A stretch of 63,878 nt of DNA, filler included, from an uncultured bacterium (GTDB taxonomy: Bacteria > Hinthialibacterota > Hinthialibacteria > Hinthialibacterales > Hinthialibacteraceae): NCBI GenBank assembly GCA_964449065.1. It is 4 parts of 4 records of this genome, joined end to end, with 100 filler letters (N's around TTAATTAATTAA, not from the genome) between each part and the next. Parts side by side here need not be neighbours in the genome. Positions count along the whole stretch, not along the records: positions 34,018 to 50,897 come from CAYVAZ010000079.1; positions 50,998 to 63,878 come from CAYVAZ010000137.1; 2 more parts are not named here. One strand, 5' to 3'. The notes under the pieces were generated by a model, which made no database searches, was not told where the DNA came from, and saw only the letters and a list, made by a program, of their open reading frames with translations. The position numbers and the translations under genes are program-made. Positions 40,286 to 51,159 of the stretch are shown here, one piece after another (positions within the stretch are counted from its first letter, which is position 1; each line of letters begins with the position of its first letter).

Positions 40286-40831
40286 CTATTCGTCTGCCAA
40301 TTGTTTGTTGATGTATTGATAGGGTTCTTGGTCGCGAACCGGGAAGTCTTTGCGAAGGGGATAGCCTTCCCAATCATCCGGCATGAGAATGCGGCGAAGA
40401 TCCGGGTGATTTTTGAAGAGAATGCCGAACATATCGTAGCACTCGCGCTCGTGCCAATTGGCGCCGCACCAGACACCGGTGACGGAATCGATTTCGGGCA
40501 GATCGCTGCCGGTGCTGATCGGCGCGGACCGAAGGCGGACACGGTGTTTGGTTTTGGTGGAAAAGAGGTTATACACCACATGAAAGCGATCTTTATCCGG
40601 TGTGTAAGCGGGATCGGCGGAATAATCGACAGCGGTTAAATCGGCGATCATGTCGTAGCGCATATCGGGATGGTCGCGCAGCACTTTGCACATTTCCACG
40701 ATGTGTTCCGCCTTTACGACCAACGTCAATTCACCACGAAACTCGTTGGTATCGATCACCGCTTTTTCGTAGAGATCACCGAGTTTGGATTTCACATCTT
40801 CTAACGGTTCAGCGACAATGGTAAAACTCAT
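40286..40831 (-). CDS. nuoC: NADH-quinone oxidoreductase subunit C
   Basis: ANWHERECYDMFGI and HPDLRRILMPDDWEGYPLRKDFP. Confidence 0.96.
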   Translation of the reverse strand: MSFTIVAEPLEDVKSKLGDLYEKAVIDTNEFRGELTLVVKAEHIVEMCKVLRDHPDMRYDMIADLTAVDYSADPAYTPDKDRFHVVYNLFSTKTKHRVRLRSAPISTGSDLPEIDSVTGVWCGANWHERECYDMFGILFKNHPDLRRILMPDDWEGYPLRKDFPVRDQEPYQYINKQLADE

Positions 40832-40856
40832 TTGGAATTCCTATCTTGCGTTGAAT

Positions 40857-41417
40857 TTAGGAAGCCATTTTTGCCGGAACGCGGTTTTCTTCAACCGATT
40901 GGCCAACGATGACCGGTTCCATTTCATGGCGGGGTGTGCCCAATTTCATATCGTTGATTTTACGCTGCAACTGCATAATGCCGTAAATCAGCGCTTCCGG
41001 ACGAGGGGGACAACCCGGAACATAAATATCAACGGGAACAACTTCATCGGCTCCCTGCACGACGCTGTATACGTTGAACATACCGCCGCAGGACGCACAG
41101 GCCCCCATCGAGATGACCCAACGCGGTTCGGGCATTTGATCGTATACTTTACGCAGTACCGGCGCCATTTTTTTGGTTAGGGTTCCGGCAATAATGAGCA
41201 GGTCTGCCTGACGCGGTGACGCGCGGAATACTTCCGCGCCAAAGCGGGATACGTCATATCGTGATGCCGCAGTGGCCATCATTTCGATCGCGCAACAGGA
41301 TAGTCCCATGGTGACGGGCCAAATGGCATTTTTTCTTGACCAATTGACAACCGATTCAACTGTGGTGGTTACAAAATCACTTCCGACTAAGTCAACGACT
41401 TGGTTTTCGAGGCCCAT
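40857..41417 (-). CDS. nuoB: NADH-quinone oxidoreductase subunit B
   Basis: [16 protein letters not shown] and [10 protein letters not shown]; start MGLENQ with the RBS inside nuoA. Confidence 0.96.
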   Translation of the reverse strand: MGLENQVVDLVGSDFVTTTVESVVNWSRKNAIWPVTMGLSCCAIEMMATAASRYDVSRFGAEVFRASPRQADLLIIAGTLTKKMAPVLRKVYDQMPEPRWVISMGACASCGGMFNVYSVVQGADEVVPVDIYVPGCPPRPEALIYGIMQLQRKINDMKLGTPRHEMEPVIVGQSVEENRVPAKMAS

Positions 41418-41764
41418 TCTAGAACTCCTTTCTTCCACTCGTAAACGAGTGAAGTGACAAGAATTAGTAAGAAAACAGACATGGCTAAAAATCCATAGAG
41501 GCCGAGTTGTTTAAACACAACCGCCCACATGAATAGGAAGACGACTTCAATATCAAAAATAACGAAAAGCACGGCTACAAGAAAAAAGCGGATGGTAAAG
41601 CGTTCGCGCGGGCTGCCGATGGGGGGCATACCGCATTCGTAGGTATCAAGTTTGCTGGGATCATCATGCCGGGGACCAATTAAATAAGACAGTAATGCGG
41701 TTCCTCCGGCGAAGGCCAATCCAACAAAGAAAATTAACAAAATGGGTAAATATTCTTGTAGCAC
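41387..41764 (-). CDS. nuoA: NADH-quinone oxidoreductase subunit A
   Basis: YECG, FVIFDIE and [13 protein letters not shown] start. Confidence 0.95.
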   Translation of the reverse strand: MLQEYLPILLIFFVGLAFAGGTALLSYLIGPRHDDPSKLDTYECGMPPIGSPRERFTIRFFLVAVLFVIFDIEVVFLFMWAVVFKQLGLYGFLAMSVFLLILVTSLVYEWKKGVLEWASKTKSLT

Positions 41765-41891
41765 GAAATCTTCTCCTATTTGGTTCCATTATGTTTAGTA
41801 CTAGTTTAAACCTGATTTGATAATGAAGCCAGGGCAAATTGGATTATAAATTAACGAACCGAACATTCAACGCACCCGGTTTGTTGCTCCG

Positions 41892-44800
41892 CTAGTATTT
41901 TTTCTTTTGCTGCAAGAACTCATCTTCGTTTTGGGCGATGGCTTGGGGGTCGTTGGTGATATTTAATACCGATGGCGCGGTTGCGTAGATGTTGGGCAGC
42001 GCGGAACGGGTTTCGACTTCCAATGTGGAAAAGACGGTTAACGCTTGCGGTTTGACCCATGGTTCGGCATAGAGAGTGTAGGTGCGTTCGGTTTCACCGG
42101 GGCGGATGAGGATGCCGTTGAGTCCGGTATCGAGAACATACACTCCATGCGGCAGGTTGCGGACGCCGATGGGAATGCGGTCTTCAAAGCCATTGTGGCG
42201 TGTGGCTTTGACGGTGATTTTGGCTGTCCCCCCTGGGACAAGTGTTACTTCTTTCGGTTCTTGTGAGCATTTGATATCGGGATCGAATGTGACGGTTAGC
42301 GCGCCGAAACTGCCGGAACGCTTAACCCATTCTCCATTGATCTTGGTGTACGCGTCTACCGTAAAACGGGCATCCGGGTCTGTTGATTGCGCGCCCGGCA
42401 AGGCTTCGATCAAGAAAGATGAAGAGCCTTCTGTTGGCGGGATGTGGGTTAAGGTGCATTTGTACCCTTGCGGCAGATCGGGGATATCGATCATGACTTC
42501 GCCGTCAAAGCCGTCGTACCGGTCTATGGTGACACTCACCGGAACTTTGCCGCCTTTGGGGATGTTAATTTCACCGGCGTTCACAAAGAGTTTGAAATCG
42601 GGCCGCGGGTGGCGAATGCTTAAACTGTAGGTGTTATTCGGATGGTTTTTGCTTTGGGCATCGGAGACGCGGACGATATAGTTCCCGTCTTTGGGAGGGA
42701 CGAACCGAAAATACGAATCTTTGCCATGAGAAGGCGAACCATCATCGTTTTTTGCATAGAGGGTGTGAACCGGTAAACCGTTTGGTGGGAATTTGCTGTG
42801 CGGAGGATGAATATCCACTTTATAAACCTTGGTATCTACAGCATGATGGCTGGGTGTGGTTCCAAAGAATCCGATCCGCCATCCTCTGCGGGGATCCGTA
42901 AAAAAAGAAACATCTTCATCCGGGTAATCGGGCAGTTTTTCGATTTTGAGGATTTCGGAACCGACCATGACGTAATCGTTGATGTTGAAATCGTTCCACG
43001 AATTCAGGCGCATTCCACCAGAACGGGAATCGCGGTCGGCGAGCACGGTGTAAGTCTCTGCAACACTGCGGACGGTAGCGATTTCAACCGGAGAGCCGTC
43101 TTCATGCAGGATTTCGATTTTGGAATCCAAGGGAGAGCCGTAGCGTTGGGCTGCAACTTCAATGACTAATGGTTGATCTTTTTTGGCGGAAAAGAGATAG
43201 TCGTCTTGATCCGCCGCGGAATTCTTGCTGTAAATTCTTCCATTGATTGCTACCGGCACAGATACAATTTGCGTTTTATTCTCTTCTTTTTCGTTTATCG
43301 TTATATGCTGATTGACAGCAAGCCGGATGGGTTCGATTGGGGAGCCGTGATCTGTTTTGAATGGAAGCGTGTATTCATTGCCGGAATGATCTTCCGGAAC
43401 CAGTACGGAAACGGAGGATATGTTGTTTAGATTAAAGCCTTTGATTTGGATTTCGGTTTTTGTATTTTTTTGCACGCTGAAGGGATCGTGTTTGATGATG
43501 AAGGGGCGTTTGGTGACGTGGATGCGGTAATAGCCTCCGCCGCGCAAGAGGCTGTCGGTGATTTGCAGGTAGTAGGTTCCTGCCGATTCAAAGCGGTGTC
43601 CCATTTTGGCGTCTCTGCCGTCTTCGAATTCGGTGCTTTCGCGGATGATTTCGCCTTCTGAGTTTAAAATCGACATGCGCGAATCAATACCGGAACCGAT
43701 GGTGCTAGCGATGACTTCGAACGTGAGTTCTTCTTCTGCTTCGGCGTCAAACGCGAAGACATCGACATCGCCCATGCTGTTCATTCTACCGGCGAGGATG
43801 TTGGGCAGTTCGACCGTCTGGGCATTCAGATAGTCATTGTTGTCTTCTGTTTCATTGATGGCCGACTGCTTTTCGATGAGGAAGGATTGCACGTTGGTCA
43901 TGGCAAGCGGCGTGCGGGCGCGGACGCGGTGGATTCCTGGATTGACGTCTTCTGAAATGTTCATCTTGAATTTGATGGTGAATGGCACGCCGGAATCAAC
44001 GATCATCTTGCCGGTATCGAATTCGCTGCGAACGAACTCGGGAACGTCTTCTTCAATCACTTCGATGATTTCGACCGTGATGTTTTTGTTGTCCGGAATA
44101 ATTTCAAGACCGGCAAGATTTTTGCCTTTTAAGGTAAATTCAATCTCATCGCCATACGTCGCCACTTTTGGATTCAGTGATGAAAGAAAAGACGGATAGG
44201 TGCCCGTTCCTTCTAACGCGCCGACTTCGAAGGGATTGTCGTTGACGGATTTCTTTTTCTTGGTTTGGGAGTTTTGGTTATCGGAGTCTTGGTTCTCTTT
44301 GCTTTTTGTGCTGGCGAAAGCCGCGCCGGATTCGTCTTCCACTGGAGGCGAGGTAGATTCTTCATTTGCGGACTGCTTCATGGAAACTTTTTTGGGTTTG
44401 GTTTGCGGATTAAGATTGAGATTATTGCCGGCAGCGGCATCGTAGATATCAAACGTGCCGTCGTATCGTCCGGCAGCCAAAAGGTTCCCTGTTTGGTTTA
44501 ACACTAAACCGTATACCCAATCGGATTGTTCTTCGAATACGGTTTTTTCAAGGTAGGTTTCGGTATCCCAAGCTTTGATGCTGCGGTCGTCTGAGGTGGA
44601 ATAAAGGATGGAGCCGTCGGGAGAATAGGCAACGCGAAGAACCGCGCCGTCATGCGCGAATTTGGATTGGATGAGATAGCCATCGCTTTCACGCAGTTCC
44701 CACACACGGATCATGCGGTCGACTCCACCCGCGGCTACATATTTACCGGAGGGATGAAACGCGACGGAGTAGAGTTCTTTTTCGGATTCGGACAGGGTGT

Positions 44801-46562
44801 AGAGCCGTTTTCCGGATTCCACGTCCCAAATTTTGACGGTTCGGTCTCCAGCGACAGAAGCCAGTAGTTTGCCGTCCGGGCTGAACGCGACATCATAAAC
44901 AGAATCGACATGGTCTTCGAGAACGGCCGTTTCTTCACTCGATTTTACATCCCACAAAATGATGGTGCGGTCGTAGCTGCTGGAGGCGATGGTTTTGCCG
45001 TCGGGAGAGAAGGAGATGCCGTAGATGTTATCGCGGTGGCCTTCGATCTTAGAGACCAACTCTTTGGTGTTAATATCCCACAGCATGATTTCGCCTTGCA
45101 ACGCGGGGCGACCGCCGCCAGCGGCGAGGAGAGTGCCTTCCGGGCTGAATTCGAGAGCACGGATAAGATGAGAATGTTTGGGGAACACGGCGATTTGTTT
45201 GAGCAGTGAATTTTCAAGATCATATTCAAACAACTGCACTTCATACAATCTGCCAACCGCCAGCAGCGGTTTGGTGGGATGAAACGCGACAGCCCCTATT
45301 TGGGAATCAGCATATTGGCTTTCCATTACAGCGGCGATTTCTTTTTCTTCTTCCATATCACCGCTTGCAATTTCAGGCTTTTCTCCACCCAGTATTGCGC
45401 CTTGGGCAATCCATTGCTTGATCAACTCAACTTGTTCCTCTTCTAACGGCGGGAGCGGTTTGGGGGGCATTTGCTTTTCGCTGATGCCGGAAATGACTTG
45501 ATAGATGGAGCTCTCATCCGGTTTTTGGGGGATCACGAATTTACCGCTTAGCAAAAATTCATGATCGTTAATGGTTAAACCGGCTTGGGGATTTTGACCG
45601 CCGTGGCAGCCTACACAGCTGGTTTCGAAGATGGGGAGGATATCTTTGGAAAAGGTGATCTCTGATTCAACTGTGGGTTTGGTTATTGTTTCTATAGATT
45701 CTTCAATTGTTTCTTCTATTTCTTCAACTGTTTCTTCAATAGTTTCAACCGTTTTTTCTACCACTTCTCTTGGAGTTTTCGGCTTCTGCGGGAGAGAGAC
45801 GATCCAGCGGCGGATGATTTCTTTTTCGGCGTCTGATAGTTGCGGTTGGGATTTGGGGGGCATTTGTTTTTTGGAAATCCCTGCAATAGCGGTGTAGATC
45901 AGGCTTTCTTCCGGTTTGGATGGCGTGACGAATTTGGATTGCATGACGCAGTTGAGATCGGATATCAGCAAGCCTGCTTTGGGTTTTTCTCCACTGTGGC
46001 ATTGGGCGCATTTGGCTTCAAAAATAGGGCTGACCACATGTTGGAAGAAGGGATCATTGTGTTTCGTTACAGGTTTAACGATTTCATTCGTTTTATCCGC
46101 GGTACTTGTTTTTACTTCTTTTTCTTCTTTTTCTTCACCATCTGGTTCTGCTTTTGCAATTTCTGTTGGCTCTATTGGCTCTTTATCTTTAACGACCGGC
46201 GGATTGACGGAAGCGGTGCCGCTGTCGATCCAGGTTTTGATGAGAGCGATGTCGCTGTCTTCCAGCGGTAAGAGGGGTTCGGGCGGCATCATGGGCTGCT
46301 GTTGGCCGGTGATCATTAAGAAGAGTTTGCTTTCCGCGCTGTTGCCGGGAAGGATGACTTTGCCGCTTCTTCCACCTATCATCAATTGCGCGATGCCTTC
46401 CATATTAAGCCCGGCTTGCGGATCATTGGAGCCGTGGCAGCCGAGGCAGTTCAGTTCCAAAACCGGTAAGATGTCTTCTTCAAAGACGGGCTTGTCTTGC
46501 GCGAATACGGATGTAGATAATGCCATTGTAAAAATGAATAAGTAACCAACTATCGATTTCAT
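41892..46562 (-). CDS. Fusion protein: three Planctomycete-type cytochrome c domains, WD40 propeller and PPC/Ig-like domains
   Basis: Signal peptide; CLGCH, CAQCH and CVGCH each followed by MPP..WI; WD40 repeats (FSPDG, WD); DVDVFAF and DQDDYLF PPC-like repeats. Confidence 0.85.
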   Translation of the reverse strand: MKSIVGYLFIFTMALSTSVFAQDKPVFEEDILPVLELNCLGCHGSNDPQAGLNMEGIAQLMIGGRSGKVILPGNSAESKLFLMITGQQQPMMPPEPLLPLEDSDIALIKTWIDSGTASVNPPVVKDKEPIEPTEIAKAEPDGEEKEEKEVKTSTADKTNEIVKPVTKHNDPFFQHVVSPIFEAKCAQCHSGEKPKAGLLISDLNCVMQSKFVTPSKPEESLIYTAIAGISKKQMPPKSQPQLSDAEKEIIRRWIVSLPQKPKTPREVVEKTVETIEETVEEIEETIEESIETITKPTVESEITFSKDILPIFETSCVGCHGGQNPQAGLTINDHEFLLSGKFVIPQKPDESSIYQVISGISEKQMPPKPLPPLEEEQVELIKQWIAQGAILGGEKPEIASGDMEEEKEIAAVMESQYADSQIGAVAFHPTKPLLAVGRLYEVQLFEYDLENSLLKQIAVFPKHSHLIRALEFSPEGTLLAAGGGRPALQGEIMLWDINTKELVSKIEGHRDNIYGISFSPDGKTIASSSYDRTIILWDVKSSEETAVLEDHVDSVYDVAFSPDGKLLASVAGDRTVKIWDVESGKRLYTLSESEKELYSVAFHPSGKYVAAGGVDRMIRVWELRESDGYLIQSKFAHDGAVLRVAYSPDGSILYSTSDDRSIKAWDTETYLEKTVFEEQSDWVYGLVLNQTGNLLAAGRYDGTFDIYDAAAGNNLNLNPQTKPKKVSMKQSANEESTSPPVEDESGAAFASTKSKENQDSDNQNSQTKKKKSVNDNPFEVGALEGTGTYPSFLSSLNPKVATYGDEIEFTLKGKNLAGLEIIPDNKNITVEIIEVIEEDVPEFVRSEFDTGKMIVDSGVPFTIKFKMNISEDVNPGIHRVRARTPLAMTNVQSFLIEKQSAINETEDNNDYLNAQTVELPNILAGRMNSMGDVDVFAFDAEAEEELTFEVIASTIGSGIDSRMSILNSEGEIIRESTEFEDGRDAKMGHRFESAGTYYLQITDSLLRGGGYYRIHVTKRPFIIKHDPFSVQKNTKTEIQIKGFNLNNISSVSVLVPEDHSGNEYTLPFKTDHGSPIEPIRLAVNQHITINEKEENKTQIVSVPVAINGRIYSKNSAADQDDYLFSAKKDQPLVIEVAAQRYGSPLDSKIEILHEDGSPVEIATVRSVAETYTVLADRDSRSGGMRLNSWNDFNINDYVMVGSEILKIEKLPDYPDEDVSFFTDPRRGWRIGFFGTTPSHHAVDTKVYKVDIHPPHSKFPPNGLPVHTLYAKNDDGSPSHGKDSYFRFVPPKDGNYIVRVSDAQSKNHPNNTYSLSIRHPRPDFKLFVNAGEINIPKGGKVPVSVTIDRYDGFDGEVMIDIPDLPQGYKCTLTHIPPTEGSSSFLIEALPGAQSTDPDARFTVDAYTKINGEWVKRSGSFGALTVTFDPDIKCSQEPKEVTLVPGGTAKITVKATRHNGFEDRIPIGVRNLPHGVYVLDTGLNGILIRPGETERTYTLYAEPWVKPQALTVFSTLEVETRSALPNIYATAPSVLNITNDPQAIAQNEDEFLQQKKKY

Positions 46563-46727
46563 TTCTTCCCCTTTTATAAACAATAATCCGAAAATAATTT
46601 TAAACGGTTTTCAATTAGGCTTTTGGTTTTCCAACAACGAATCCTCTTACCAATTATCCCTCCACCTAACCTCCCCCATTGCATTGGGGTAGGAAAAGTG
46701 TTCGAATCAAAATGCATTGCTTGTTCA

Positions 46728-49181
46728 TTATTTATTGAATAAAAATTCTTTGCTGGACAGCAATGCCCAATAGATATCCTCTAATGTGGTTCGTTTTTCC
46801 GTCCGGCTTTTTTCTTGCCAAACCCGCTCTTCATTGGCGAGAGCGGTCATGTTTTCGATTTCGGATTCCCGCGGCGCGCGGGAATAGCACCGCAGAAAGG
46901 CATCAAGAATCATATCCCGCAGGGTCATATTGCTTTCGAGATATTCATCGATAATGTTGCCTTCATGGCGTAATTTATCATTCAACGTTTTACCGTTTGC
47001 GATATGCAATGATTGCGGAAGCGTAGGCGTTTCCTGCCGTTCGCATTCGCAGGTGATGACCCGTTCCGGCCTGCCAAAGGCATCGAGAAAATACGAAGCC
47101 ACCTGGCTGTCCGGCAGTTGCAAGGCCCGCCAGCCGTCCGGGTAACCAGGAAAATCGGTATCAACCTGGGTGACATACGAATAGGCGTCTAAAAGCACTT
47201 CGGCGGGAAGCCGCCGGATGTAATAGCGTGAGAATTGGGTTTCATCATTGATGTTGACTTCGTTGGGTTTGGATGACCGCTGATAGGCCGCGGAATTCAA
47301 GATCGAACGCATGAGGTGCTTGATATCGAAGTTGTGATCTTCAAAATCTTTTTCGAGAGCGGCAAACAAGGCTTCGTTGACAGGCGGATTGGTTAAGCGT
47401 AAGTCATCGACCGGATTGATGATTCCCTGCCCCATGTAGTGGCTCCATACGCGGTTGATGATGGCGCGGGAGAAGTAGGGATTGTCTTCGGATGTCAGCC
47501 ACTCGGCCAAATGTTGGCGACGGTTGGTTTCGCTGTGCAGGGCCAGTTCCTGTCCGTCTAACGGTGCCGGTTTGAGCGGTTTGTTTTTTAGCGGGTGCAG
47601 AACTTCGCCGAAATCGGATGACATAACATAGGTTTCGCCTGTGCGGTCGCCGTTTTTAAGTTTAACACGGGCAAAGAGGTTGGCGAATTGGTAGTATTGA
47701 TCCTGTGTCCATTTTTCCAGAGGATGGTTGTGGCAGCGGGCGCAGGTGACGGACATACCCAAAAAGGCTTGGGAAGTGGTTTCGGTGAGTTTGGTGGTTT
47801 CTTTGTGGATTAGGAAGAAGTTCCCCGCGCCGTTATCGAGATTGCTTCCCTGCGCGGTGATGATATTGCTGACGAATTCGTCCCACGGTTTGTTATCTTT
47901 CACGCTTTGGCGGATGTAGCGGTAGAACGCCCACATAGCTTCGTTCGAACGGAGTTGTTTTTGCGAAACCAAAAGCAGGTCGCTCCATTTGTAACTCCAA
48001 AGATCGACAAATTCGGGACGTTCCAGCAGACGGTCAATCAGCTGTGCGCGTTTGTCTTTGGCCGGGTCAAGCAGGAAGCGGGTGACTTCTTCTTGAGTGG
48101 GTAAAACACCGATGGTGTCGAGAAACACTCTGCGGACGAAGATTAAGTCTTTGGACTGGCCGGACGGCGGCAGATTGAGTGCCTGGAGTTGATCGTAGAT
48201 TTTATCGTCAACGTAGTTGTTGCGGGGCGCGTTGGCGAATACGGATTCCGGTACTTCATCAGGATAGGGTACTGTTACAGAAGAAAAAGCAACTTTCGAG
48301 GCAAACCACATGGTTAATGCCGCAGAGCCGCTGCCTTTCATTTCGCCATGACCGTTCCGGTCAATGACAGCCACGGCATCATCTGTAGTATCGTATTTCA
48401 CCCAGCGGGTGACATCCATGGTGCTGCCGTCATCGTAATGCGCCATGATGATGAATTGCTGCTGTTCCCCGATATCCAACCGAAGAGTGGAAGGGTAGGG
48501 TTGAATGCGCACGACTTTTTTATCGGCACCGGTCGGCGGTTTGGTTCCCTGTTCAATCCATTCTTTGATGATGCGGTATTCGGGAGAGTTTTCGCTGATC
48601 AGCCGCCCGCCGCCGTGCGGAACTTTGCCGGATGGTTTTTGCAGGATGAGGCTGTCTTCGGGAGACTCGAGCAAAACACGCCTGCCGTTGACTTCACGGG
48701 TGATGGAATTGTAATCGGTTTGGTGGTCGTAACCGCGCAGGGATAGTTTGAAGCCGTTTTTTCCGGCAGCGGCACCGTGGCAGGCCCCGGCGTTGCAGCC
48801 GATTTTGGTGAGAGCGGGCTGCACATCGGTGGTGAAGTTCCAATCGTAGGATGTTTCGCTTCCCGTTACAATGACATTGGTTTTGATGATTTTACCATTG
48901 ATGGACGCGGCAATCTCAGCTTCACCATTGCCTACCGCTTCAAGGATGTTTTCGTCATTCACTTTGACGACGGACGTATCGGATGAGGTGAATTGTGCTA
49001 GTGAAGATACGTCTCCGATTGCCAGTTCACCATCATACTGTTCCAACAGTATGCGCTGGTAGTCTCCTTTGTGGGTAAGGGTGATGGATTCGGGTAACAG
49101 CTTGTAGGTTTCCGCTACCGCAGCAATAGAAACTGTTGTTATGACAATAACCGAAAAGAATGTGAATGAAAATCTCTTCAT
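46728..49181 (-). CDS. DUF1549/DUF1553 (PSCyt2/PSD1) protein with Ig-like domains
   Basis: GCNAGACHG, FVRRVFLDTIG, CARCHNHP, NPYFSRAIINRVW, CECER and EFLFN. Confidence 0.9.
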   Translation of the reverse strand: MKRFSFTFFSVIVITTVSIAAVAETYKLLPESITLTHKGDYQRILLEQYDGELAIGDVSSLAQFTSSDTSVVKVNDENILEAVGNGEAEIAASINGKIIKTNVIVTGSETSYDWNFTTDVQPALTKIGCNAGACHGAAAGKNGFKLSLRGYDHQTDYNSITREVNGRRVLLESPEDSLILQKPSGKVPHGGGRLISENSPEYRIIKEWIEQGTKPPTGADKKVVRIQPYPSTLRLDIGEQQQFIIMAHYDDGSTMDVTRWVKYDTTDDAVAVIDRNGHGEMKGSGSAALTMWFASKVAFSSVTVPYPDEVPESVFANAPRNNYVDDKIYDQLQALNLPPSGQSKDLIFVRRVFLDTIGVLPTQEEVTRFLLDPAKDKRAQLIDRLLERPEFVDLWSYKWSDLLLVSQKQLRSNEAMWAFYRYIRQSVKDNKPWDEFVSNIITAQGSNLDNGAGNFFLIHKETTKLTETTSQAFLGMSVTCARCHNHPLEKWTQDQYYQFANLFARVKLKNGDRTGETYVMSSDFGEVLHPLKNKPLKPAPLDGQELALHSETNRRQHLAEWLTSEDNPYFSRAIINRVWSHYMGQGIINPVDDLRLTNPPVNEALFAALEKDFEDHNFDIKHLMRSILNSAAYQRSSKPNEVNINDETQFSRYYIRRLPAEVLLDAYSYVTQVDTDFPGYPDGWRALQLPDSQVASYFLDAFGRPERVITCECERQETPTLPQSLHIANGKTLNDKLRHEGNIIDEYLESNMTLRDMILDAFLRCYSRAPRESEIENMTALANEERVWQEKSRTEKRTTLEDIYWALLSSKEFLFNK

Positions 49182-49225
49182 TTGTACGTCCTTATCAAAA
49201 TGGGATAGATGCAAGGATATCTGGA

Positions 49226-50599
49226 TTAAAACAACTCCATAACCGGTTTTACGCCGAAATCCACCACGGGAACCGGGCGGTTGCCGGGACTGGGCAGTTC
49301 CGTTTCCAAATCGATGCCGATGCTGTGGTAAATAGAGGCAACGATTTCAGCCGGTGATACCGGACGGTCTTCCGGGACGGCGCCCATTTTGTCGGAAGCG
49401 CCGATGACTTGCCCGCCTTTGACGCCGCCGCCCGCAAAAAGGACAGACCAGCACTGCGGCCAATGGTCGCGGCCGCCCGCGGGATTGATCTTCGGCGTTC
49501 TGCCAAACTCGCCCAATGCTACAACGAGTGTGTCTTCCAACAATCCGTGATCTTCCAAATCCTGTAAGAGCGAACTGTAGGCTTTGTCGAACATCGGACC
49601 GACCAGGTTAGAGTAGCATTCGATGGGGCTGAATGGTGCCGAACCGTGGATATCCCAAGTAATTTCGTTGAAGACGGTTTCAAACATGTTGATGGTAACA
49701 AAGCGCACTCCGCTTTCGATCAACCGGCGCGACATCAAGCAGCTTTGACCGAATTTGTTGTAGCCGTATTTTTGGCGCAGATCTGCTTTTTCTTGGGAAA
49801 GATCAAACGCGTCTCTGGCTTCGGTTGATGAGATCAGGCGGTAGGCTTGGTCGAAGTTGGTATCGAGCAGTTTGGCGTCTTCACTTTTTTCTAAATATGC
49901 GATGGAATCATCCACTGCGTCGCGCAATCGTCGGCGGCGGTTGATGCGCATGGATGAGATGTATTCCGGCGGTAAAAGATCCGGCACTTCAAAATTTTCT
50001 TTGGATGGGTCGGCATCAATTAGAAACGGATCGTATTTTTTGCCGAGAAAACCGGCGCTTTGACCGTGAGGCATGTTACCGCCTGTCGGTCCCATTGGGG
50101 TAGGCAGCATCACGTGGGGAGGCAAATCGGTTTTGGGGCCTTTTAGGTAGGAGAGAACACTACCGCAATGGGGCTGCTCTAACCCGTTTTGAAAAAGGCG
50201 GCCGGTTTGCATCATTTGGTGGCCGGTATCGTGCACGGCTGCCGCGGTGTGATAGACCGAACGAATGATGGCGAATTTGTCGGCGACTTTGGCGGTTTCA
50301 GGGAAGATTTCGGATATGTAAATGCCGTCCGCGTTGGTTTTGATGGGTTTGTAGGGCCCGCGGATTTCAGCCGGGGCATCCGGCTTCATATCAAAGGTAT
50401 CAATTTGACTGGGGCCGCCCAACAAAAACAGCATGATGCAGTTTTTGGTTTTTTTGTTGTTCACATGCCCTTGGGCTGAGGCATGAATAAAGTTCGGAAG
50501 GGACAATCCCAAATAGGAAAGAGCGCCGATGTGCATAAAATCCCGGCGCCGAATTCCATCGCAAAACTCGACGGTTTTTTCTGCATCCACTCGAAACAT
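49226..50599 (-). CDS. DUF1501 family protein with Tat-like leader
   Basis: RRDFMHIG, GGPSQIDTFDMKP, GEFGRTPKIN and GGRDHWP. Confidence 0.93.
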   Translation of the reverse strand: MFRVDAEKTVEFCDGIRRRDFMHIGALSYLGLSLPNFIHASAQGHVNNKKTKNCIMLFLLGGPSQIDTFDMKPDAPAEIRGPYKPIKTNADGIYISEIFPETAKVADKFAIIRSVYHTAAAVHDTGHQMMQTGRLFQNGLEQPHCGSVLSYLKGPKTDLPPHVMLPTPMGPTGGNMPHGQSAGFLGKKYDPFLIDADPSKENFEVPDLLPPEYISSMRINRRRRLRDAVDDSIAYLEKSEDAKLLDTNFDQAYRLISSTEARDAFDLSQEKADLRQKYGYNKFGQSCLMSRRLIESGVRFVTINMFETVFNEITWDIHGSAPFSPIECYSNLVGPMFDKAYSSLLQDLEDHGLLEDTLVVALGEFGRTPKINPAGGRDHWPQCWSVLFAGGGVKGGQVIGASDKMGAVPEDRPVSPAEIVASIYHSIGIDLETELPSPGNRPVPVVDFGVKPVMELF

Positions 50600-50622
50600 A
50601 ATCGTTCTCCCCTTTGAATCTT

Positions 50623-50727
50623 TTATAGCGATTGTCAAAAATACGTTCTGATTGACATGAACTGAACGTTTGGCTCGGCGGGAGCCTCGCCCTTCCAAAA
50701 AGAACATACTTTTTTCAGCAACTCTAA
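50623..50727. mobile_element. MITE-like unit with inner REP
   Basis: TATAGCGATTGTCAAAAATACGTTC...GGCTCGGCGGGAGCCTCGCCCTTCC...GAACATACTTTTTTCAGCAACTCTA. Confidence 0.65.
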
Positions 50728-50897
50728 ATCAATAGATGATAAATTACATAAGATGAATCGTCATTGATTAAGTGGAAATTTTACATGAATTATTCGGAAT
50801 AGAAAATGGGGAATTGGAATATTTAAGAAAATTGATCGAATGAATTACTCACGTTACGCACTACATTATGATATGCCCGTTTTTCTAATCGTTCGCT

Positions 50898-50997
50898 NNN
50901 NNNNNNNNNNNNNNNNNNNNNNNNNNNNNNNNNNNNNNNNNTTAATTAATTAANNNNNNNNNNNNNNNNNNNNNNNNNNNNNNNNNNNNNNNNNNNN
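50898..50997. other. Artificial contig linker
   Basis: N44-TTAATTAATTAA-N44. Confidence 0.98.
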
Positions 50998-51159
50998 ACG
51001 CTACTGCGTCATGGGGAGCAATCGCTCTCTTCGCCCTCATCTCTTATCTTCTTCCAAAGGGAGAAGACGATAGACACTGCGTTTGACTGAGAATAGTTGG
51101 CTCACAACAAAAACCATTTATCAAGCAATCGTCAATCATGGATTGCGTAACGTCAGTTA

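Noticed and set aside
39637..40581. 314-aa alternative-frame ORF over nuoC/nuoD, and similar shadow ORFs (59342-60199, 51374-52021)
   Set aside because: Off-frame or antisense shadows of well-supported genes, with uninformative composition.
16934..50997. Three identical TTAATTAATTAA motifs about 17 kb apart
   Set aside because: Synthetic contig linkers within N runs; the two complete pieces are near-equal in length (16884 and 16880 bp), consistent with size-sorted contigs. Cross-linker gene neighbourhoods were not interpreted.
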